64,000 bases of DNA from the sequence record SRR2962707_526. One strand, 5' to 3'. Of the stretch, positions 58,508 to 64,000 are shown in pieces. A model generated the notes under the pieces. It ran no database searches, was not told the origin of the DNA, and worked only from the letters and a program-made list of their open reading frames with translations. The position numbers were made by a program, and so were the translations under genes. Positions within the stretch are counted from its first letter, which is position 1. Each line of letters opens with the position of its first letter.

Positions 58508-60646
58508 TTACTTAGCTAACACACTGCCTTTTGCGTATGTTCTGTTGCCAATGACAAACAAGGCTAAGAAAATGACCAAACCGACTATTTGTAGCCAGAT
58601 GTCTAAGTTTGGCCACAACATCAAGACAGACGCGACCAAGGCCAATAGTCTGGATGGAATAGAGAGTTTGTCTTCTAAGTAACCTTCCATGGCGGCCACT
58701 AACGCATACAGACCAAAGATCGCGAACAAGGTGAGACGAATGAGCGTTTCTGTATCACCGCCAATCAATGGTGTATAGGCCATTAATAAAGGCACGATAT
58801 AGAGGCCTTTGGCCAGTTTCCAAGCCATCATACCGGTACGCATCGGAGGTGTTTTGGCTATCGCCGCAGCGGCAAATGCCGTCAAACACACCGGAGGCGT
58901 CACGTTACTGTCTTGAGACAACCAGAAGATGATCATGTGAGCGGTCACCAAAATCATGGCGACGTTATTAGCGCCCAGCGCTTGATCCATCAACATGCTC
59001 TTAAAGTCAGCAGGCACTTGCGCTAACAGCGCAGCCGCTTGATCCATTGGCATGCCTTGAGCAAGTTGTGCGATTGCACCTGGGTCCACTAGCATAAAGA
59101 CAGCAGTCGCGGCTTGTGGCAAGTTACCACTGCTCATCATTTCCAATAATTGGCTTTCTGCGATGAGGTTAAAAATAGCCGGTGCCGACAGGGTGCCCAA
59201 AACGATATAAGACGCGGTGACAGGAAGCCCCATGCCTAAGACCAGCGACGCAATAGCAACCAGTACCAAGGTAAGGAATAAGCTGCCGCCCGCCCAATCT
59301 GAAATCATGATTGAGAAAGTGTTGCCCACGCCTGTGGTACTGATGACATTAACCACCAAACCGATGCCGATAAGCAATACGGCGGTTGTCGACATATTTC
59401 GAGCGCCTTGAGCCATCGCATCTAGGATGGCAACAGGGCCCATTTTGTGACTCTTAGAAAGCCATGAAGAGACAATCACGGCGATGATGCCAAGACCAGC
59501 GGCATAGGTTGGAGTAAAGCCTTGTACCAATAGCGTTACCAATACCGCCAATGGCAAGATATTGTGCCAGCCTTCTTTTAGTACTTGTGAAATCGGCGGA
59601 CCATTTTCTTCCACTGAGGTGACATTTTGTCGTTTTGCTTCAACGCGAACGAAAAAGCCAACCGATAGGAAGTACAAGATGGCCGGAATGGTCGCCACAC
59701 CAATGATGGTGACGTAAGACACTTGCGTGTACGACGCCATGATGAACGCGCCTGCCCCCATGATTGGAGGCATTAATTGTCCACCCGTGGAGGCAGCGGC
59801 TTCAATACCTGCCGCAAAGCGAGCTGGGAAGCCTGCTTTGCGCATCAATGGAATCGTAATAACCCCAGTGGATACGGTGTTGGCCACAGAAGAGCCGGAT
59901 ACCGAGCCCATTAGACCAGAACCTAAAACCGCCACAAACCCCGGGCCACCAATCATTTTACTTGCCAATGAGCGGGCAAGCGCAATGATAAAGTCACCGG
60001 CACCTGATTTGACAAGAAACGCGCCAAATAAGATGAACATGAAGACAAAGCTCCACGATATTCGGGAGATAGAACCAAACATGCCATCGGTACTGAAGAA
60101 ACTACGATAAAGCAATGTTTCAAGGCTCAAACCAGGGAAGGAGAAAGGACCGCCGATCCATTTGCCCCACAACACAACGTACGTCAGTGCGACCAGAATT
60201 AAAAACGGAATGAACCAACCGCTGGTGCGTCGAATGAGTTCCAGTGACAGCAAAACAGCAATACTGGAAACAATCCAATCACCGGTGTCGAAGGTGACAC
60301 CACGGGCGTATAACGCGTCTTCGAAAAAGACGATGTAAAGCACCATCCCGACCAGCGCGAGCACAATCAGGATGTCGAAAAAGAGGGCGATCTTGCTATC
60401 ACGCCATTTCGGGTTGGCTGGGACCAAGAGCGCACACAAGGCACCAAATCCAGCAAAGTGAAAAGCAGATATTCTTAATTCAGGCAAGGTGCCTATTGTG
60501 TTGATGTAGATATGGGCAACGGCAAGAAAAATAGATAAGGCAAAAACAAAACGTGTTAGCCATTGACCAGAACGATGTTTGGTCTCGAATTCTTCTAAAT
60601 CAATATCAGTCTCGGAGGAGTCTATCGAGTCATGTGAAGCGGTCAT
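58508..60646 (-). CDS. TRAP transporter fused 4TM/12TM permease (TAXI type)
   Basis: FILFGAFL..SG, GSSVAN..TG..TIP, EAAASTGGQLMPPIMGAGAF, LGMGLP, VTPPVCL; ATG 60646 preferred. Confidence 0.92.
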   Translation of the reverse strand: MTASHDSIDSSETDIDLEEFETKHRSGQWLTRFVFALSIFLAVAHIYINTIGTLPELRISAFHFAGFGALCALLVPANPKWRDSKIALFFDILIVLALVGMVLYIVFFEDALYARGVTFDTGDWIVSSIAVLLSLELIRRTSGWFIPFLILVALTYVVLWGKWIGGPFSFPGLSLETLLYRSFFSTDGMFGSISRISWSFVFMFILFGAFLVKSGAGDFIIALARSLASKMIGGPGFVAVLGSGLMGSVSGSSVANTVSTGVITIPLMRKAGFPARFAAGIEAAASTGGQLMPPIMGAGAFIMASYTQVSYVTIIGVATIPAILYFLSVGFFVRVEAKRQNVTSVEENGPPISQVLKEGWHNILPLAVLVTLLVQGFTPTYAAGLGIIAVIVSSWLSKSHKMGPVAILDAMAQGARNMSTTAVLLIGIGLVVNVISTTGVGNTFSIMISDWAGGSLFLTLVLVAIASLVLGMGLPVTASYIVLGTLSAPAIFNLIAESQLLEMMSSGNLPQAATAVFMLVDPGAIAQLAQGMPMDQAAALLAQVPADFKSMLMDQALGANNVAMILVTAHMIIFWLSQDSNVTPPVCLTAFAAAAIAKTPPMRTGMMAWKLAKGLYIVPLLMAYTPLIGGDTETLIRLTLFAIFGLYALVAAMEGYLEDKLSIPSRLLALVASVLMLWPNLDIWLQIVGLVIFLALFVIGNRTYAKGSVLAK

Positions 60647-60730
60647 AAAACAGCTACCTTTGTACAAACAGGAGGAAAGCAGAAAGCAGTATCGCCCCCT
60701 ACTAGGGAGCGATACTTACGAACGATTCGA

Positions 60731-61762
60731 TTATTCAGCGATTAAATCAGCAGGAATCTTGATTCCTTGCTCACGGTAATAACGTGCGGCGCCTGGGTGA
60801 AGCGGTACAGGTAACCCTGCAATGGCTTTTTCAAGGGACATAACCGCTGTCGCTTTGTGAATCGCACTTAGGTAACCCAAGTTTTCATACAAGGCTTTTG
60901 TTAGCTGGTAAACGTCTTCGTCTGAAACATCGGCACGAGTGGCCAAGAAGTTAGGCTGAGCGATGGTGTTAATTGGCTTGCTTTGGCCTGGGTAAGTGTT
61001 CGCAGGAACCACATAGCGCGTCCAAAGGTTGTAGTTACCGTTGGCTTTTTTCATTTGCTCATCGGTGAAATCCAACACAGTGACGTTATCGCTACCAAGA
61101 GACGCGTACAAACGGGTTACCGCACTAACAGGAACACCCGCTGGCGTGTTCATGCCTTCGATGTTGCCGTTTTGCATGGCGTCAGCGCTGGCACCGTAGC
61201 CCATGTAAGCCAAACTAAAGTTGTCTGGTTGAATGCCTAGGCCTTTAAAGATTTGGCGACCGGAGCCTTCTGTACCAGAGTTTTTGGGACCAATGGAAAA
61301 CTTATTATTAGTGCCTTCGATGCCTTTTAAGTCTTCAATCGTACCGGTTTTGACCAGATTGGATTTGATTGAGAAGTGCTCAACGTTTTGCCACAACATA
61401 GAAACAGAACGTAATTCCGTTTGCTTACCAGATTGTGTTAGTGGGCCTTCGCCATTCCATGCCCAAGCACCATAGAGACCTTGTAAAATGGCAAATTGTG
61501 CTTGGCTTTCTCTTAGCAGCTTGATGTTTTCACCTGATCCAGCAGAGCTGATAGCAGACAAAGACATACCAAATTTAGGTTCTAGTTTTACTTTACTCAG
61601 TGTCGCGATCGCAACACCAACAGGGTAGTAGGTACCGCCCGTTGAGGCAGTAGCAAGAATGTAGTTTCTGTTGTCGGCGGCCAAACTACTGGTTGCTGTT
61701 AAGGCAATGGTAGCGGCTGTCGCAGTGGCGAAAATTGTTTTTGTTAAGAATCCCGGTTTCAT
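60731..61762 (-). CDS. TAXI-family TRAP solute-binding protein
   Basis: ATASTGGTYYPVG, GSGENI, SGTE, PANTYPGQ, PLHPGA.RYY.E; ATG 61762 with AAGGAG SD. Confidence 0.92.
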   Translation of the reverse strand: MKPGFLTKTIFATATAATIALTATSSLAADNRNYILATASTGGTYYPVGVAIATLSKVKLEPKFGMSLSAISSAGSGENIKLLRESQAQFAILQGLYGAWAWNGEGPLTQSGKQTELRSVSMLWQNVEHFSIKSNLVKTGTIEDLKGIEGTNNKFSIGPKNSGTEGSGRQIFKGLGIQPDNFSLAYMGYGASADAMQNGNIEGMNTPAGVPVSAVTRLYASLGSDNVTVLDFTDEQMKKANGNYNLWTRYVVPANTYPGQSKPINTIAQPNFLATRADVSDEDVYQLTKALYENLGYLSAIHKATAVMSLEKAIAGLPVPLHPGAARYYREQGIKIPADLIAE

Positions 61763-61999
61763 TTTATTTTTCTCCTTGGAGAGAGTGTCATAGCTTATTA
61801 TTGTTGGTGATTTTGTTATTACTATCATGGTTAATCCTGAATAAATCAGAATGCTTAATCATGATAGGGTAGTGACTAACGGCTTAAGTTGACCGTGTTT
61901 TGTAAAAATAATTCAAAGATAAATCGTAATATTGCGCGAGTCTAGGCTCATTCTTGCACATTTATTCCGTTTTTATAACCAAGAGTAAGAGGATTGTCT

Positions 62000-62617
62000 A
62001 TGAAAAATGCAGATATCAGTGTGGTGTTGTTTGATTTAGGAGGGTTATTAGTCGACCTCGGCGATGTGAGTCAAATGCACGAAATGCTGAATACTGAAGG
62101 AGAAGAGGCCGCGGTTTGGCTCAAATGGTTACGTTCTCCCACAGTGGCTGCGTTTGACTCTGGTCGGATTAGTTTTGATGAATTTGCTGAGCGATTACCA
62201 GACGAAGTGGGCAGTTCCGTGGCGTCCGCGGTTTTTAAACAGGCGTTTCAAGCGTGGCCAAAAGGGTTGTTTGCGGGGGCATTAGAGTTAGTGCAATCGA
62301 TAAAGCCACACTACCACAGAGCGGTGTTATCGAACACCAATGCTGCCCACTGGTCCCGCTTGATGAATGAAATGGGGCTTGCTGGAAATTTTCACAGTTA
62401 TTTTGCTTCTCATTTGATAGGGTCGGTAAAGCCGGATCGCGCTATTTACGATTACGTGCTTGATGCATTACAGGTTGCACCAGACGAAATTTTGTTTATT
62501 GATGACAATCAAATAAACATTGATATGGCACAATCAATGGGTATTCAGGCGTATCGCGTTAAGGGTGTTGAGGAAGCAAAAAGCGTATTAAATTCCTATA
62601 ATGTATTGCAGGAATAG
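62000..62617 (+). CDS. HAD-family phosphatase (YihX-like)
   Basis: FDLGG, LSNTN..H, KPD..IY, FIDD..N. Confidence 0.85.
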   Translation: MKNADISVVLFDLGGLLVDLGDVSQMHEMLNTEGEEAAVWLKWLRSPTVAAFDSGRISFDEFAERLPDEVGSSVASAVFKQAFQAWPKGLFAGALELVQSIKPHYHRAVLSNTNAAHWSRLMNEMGLAGNFHSYFASHLIGSVKPDRAIYDYVLDALQVAPDEILFIDDNQINIDMAQSMGIQAYRVKGVEEAKSVLNSYNVLQE

Positions 62618-62713
62618 ACGTTATTTGCTGATTAAAATAACAAGGTATTGCGCTCCCTTGACAGGAAGTCATTGTCGTCGAGATAGCAAAATAATTTGAA
62701 TAGGGTATTTCTT

Positions 62714-63454
62714 ATGCGTTCTTTTGATGGGCAATCTTCAAGCATTTATTCGCGAGCACGACCGACCTACCCTGCCGAGCTGTATTATTGGCTTTCTCAG
62801 CAAGTCAGCAGCGCAGGGGTAGTATGGGATGCCGCTTGCGGAACCGGCCAAGCCTCTATTGATTTGGCTGCGTATTTTGACAAAGTAGAAGCATCAGACA
62901 TTAGTGAGTCGCAAATCGCTGAGGCCACCCCTCACAGAAAAGTAAACTACCGCGTTTTTCCTTCTGAAAAGACCGAATACCCTGATAACTATTTCGATGC
63001 GGTTTGCATTGGGCATGCCTTGCATTGGTTTGATTTGGATTTGTTTTGGCAAGAAGTGCAACGGGTTCTCAAACCTGGCGGTTTGTTTGTGTGTTGGGGG
63101 TACAACTGGTTTACCTTGGGAGAGCCAGAAGATTTGGTGATTTCTGAGCATGTATTGCCCTTGTTATCTTCTTACTGGCCTGTCAAAAGTCGCTTACTGT
63201 GGAATCAATACAAAGACATCCATTTCCCCTTTGAGGCGATTGAAGTGCCTCAATTTGATTTATATTGTAATTGGTCTGTTTCTCAAACCATGGACTTTAT
63301 TCGTTCTTGGACCGCGGCCCAATTGCGGATTCAAGATCAAGGCGATGACTTCTTGGTGGAAGCGAATCAAATGCTGCGCTCCGTATGGACTGACACTTCC
63401 CATAAGAAGCAAGTGAGCTTGCCTTTTTTTGTCAGAGCTGGGCGAATGAAATAA
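62714..63454 (+). CDS. Class I SAM-dependent methyltransferase
   Basis: Y...RPTYP, WDAACGTGQ, ALHWFD, RVLKPGG; ATG 62714 (ORF track TTG 62696). Confidence 0.88.
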   Translation: MRSFDGQSSSIYSRARPTYPAELYYWLSQQVSSAGVVWDAACGTGQASIDLAAYFDKVEASDISESQIAEATPHRKVNYRVFPSEKTEYPDNYFDAVCIGHALHWFDLDLFWQEVQRVLKPGGLFVCWGYNWFTLGEPEDLVISEHVLPLLSSYWPVKSRLLWNQYKDIHFPFEAIEVPQFDLYCNWSVSQTMDFIRSWTAAQLRIQDQGDDFLVEANQMLRSVWTDTSHKKQVSLPFFVRAGRMK

Positions 63455-63547
63455 GCATCGCTAAGACTAAAGTGGAATAGATCATAGAATTCAGCAAGCT
63501 ATAGTAGCTTAAGCATCCTTAAAACAACTTTAAAAATGGAGCGAGTT

Positions 63548-64000
63548 ATGACGTCATTATACAGTGATACTGCTAAAGAAGTGGCCAACAATGCCACTGT
63601 CAGCCAGGCAGAATTCGAAAAGCGTTACCAAGAATCCATCGACAACCCAGAGGCTTTTTGGGCGAAAGAAGGACAGCGTTTAGATTGGATCGCCCCTTAC
63701 AGTAAGGTGAAAAACACCTCGTTCGAACGTGGTAATGTCAGCATAAAATGGTTTGAGGATGGCACGCTAAATGTTGCCCACAACTGTATTGATCGCCATT
63801 TAGCAAAGCACGCTGATAAAGTTGCGTATTACCTTGAAAGCGATGAAGAAAATTCAGAAAAAACGGCCATTACCTACCAAACGCTACACGATGAAGTCGG
63901 CCGTTTAGCCAATGTGTTAAAACGTCAAGGTGTAGAGAAAGGCGATCGTGTCGCTATCTATATGCCGATGATCCCACAAGCCGTATACAGCATGTTAGCG
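63548..64000 (+). CDS. acs: Acetyl-CoA synthetase, 5' part (runs off the window; absent from the ORF track)
   Basis: Manual translation: [67 protein letters not shown]. Confidence 0.92.
   Translation, partial: MTSLYSDTAKEVANNATVSQAEFEKRYQESIDNPEAFWAKEGQRLDWIAPYSKVKNTSFERGNVSIKWFEDGTLNVAHNCIDRHLAKHADKVAYYLESDEENSEKTAITYQTLHDEVGRLANVLKRQGVEKGDRVAIYMPMIPQAVYSMLA

Noticed and set aside
281-63416. Many 60-150 aa ORFs antisense to or nested in the called genes
   Set aside because: Shadow ORFs of well-supported CDSs, with no recognisable motifs of their own.
62714-63454. Methyltransferase as the missing EgtD
   Set aside because: Generic class I methyltransferase motifs; lacks EgtD-type motifs such as YYPTR.E and ELGSG; 21 kb from egtB.
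1-64000. CRISPR arrays, tRNA/rRNA genes, IS elements, prophage or defence genes
   Set aside because: No regularly spaced repeats, tRNA/rRNA signatures, transposase/integrase motifs or phage-like ORFs were recognised by eye.

Overview
Chromosomal window (about 45% GC by eye) from a marine gammaproteobacterium. Gene content and protein style are Marinomonas/Oceanospirillales-like; this is an inference. I found no rRNA, tRNA, CRISPR array, integrase or transposase. Contents in order: Fur-boxed YiuABC-like iron ABC transporter; pssA; fused aconitase X plus a GNAT; a PF10014-type 2OG-Fe(II) dioxygenase paired with a Cys-less class V PLP enzyme; an MCP; a glycogen operon (phosphorylase-kinase-like GH15 protein, glgB, glgX); a second MCP; several housekeeping and periplasmic genes; an atypical SerC-like aminotransferase; a complete guanidine assimilation operon (ABC importer, CgdAB, carboxylase, allophanate hydrolase) with a sigma54-type promoter, a guanidine-I riboswitch and an internal guanidine-II riboswitch; then a mosaic of single genes (haloacid dehalogenase, orphan egtB, YkgJ-RsuA-short Rho, glgP, cls, DEAD helicase, periplasmic chorismate mutase, dps, mtfA-like, hemB, AGCS symporter, exported 2H phosphoesterase, TAXI-TRAP) and the start of acs. 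The strongest candidates for undescribed biology are: a Rho paralog with an intact ATPase motor but no N-terminal RNA-binding domain; a SerC paralog missing one phosphate-binding His-Arg pair; the phosphorylase-kinase-like GH15 gene leading glgB-glgX; the dioxygenase/PLP enzyme pair; and two riboswitch classes controlling one operon. All family calls come from reading motifs by eye; no database search was run.
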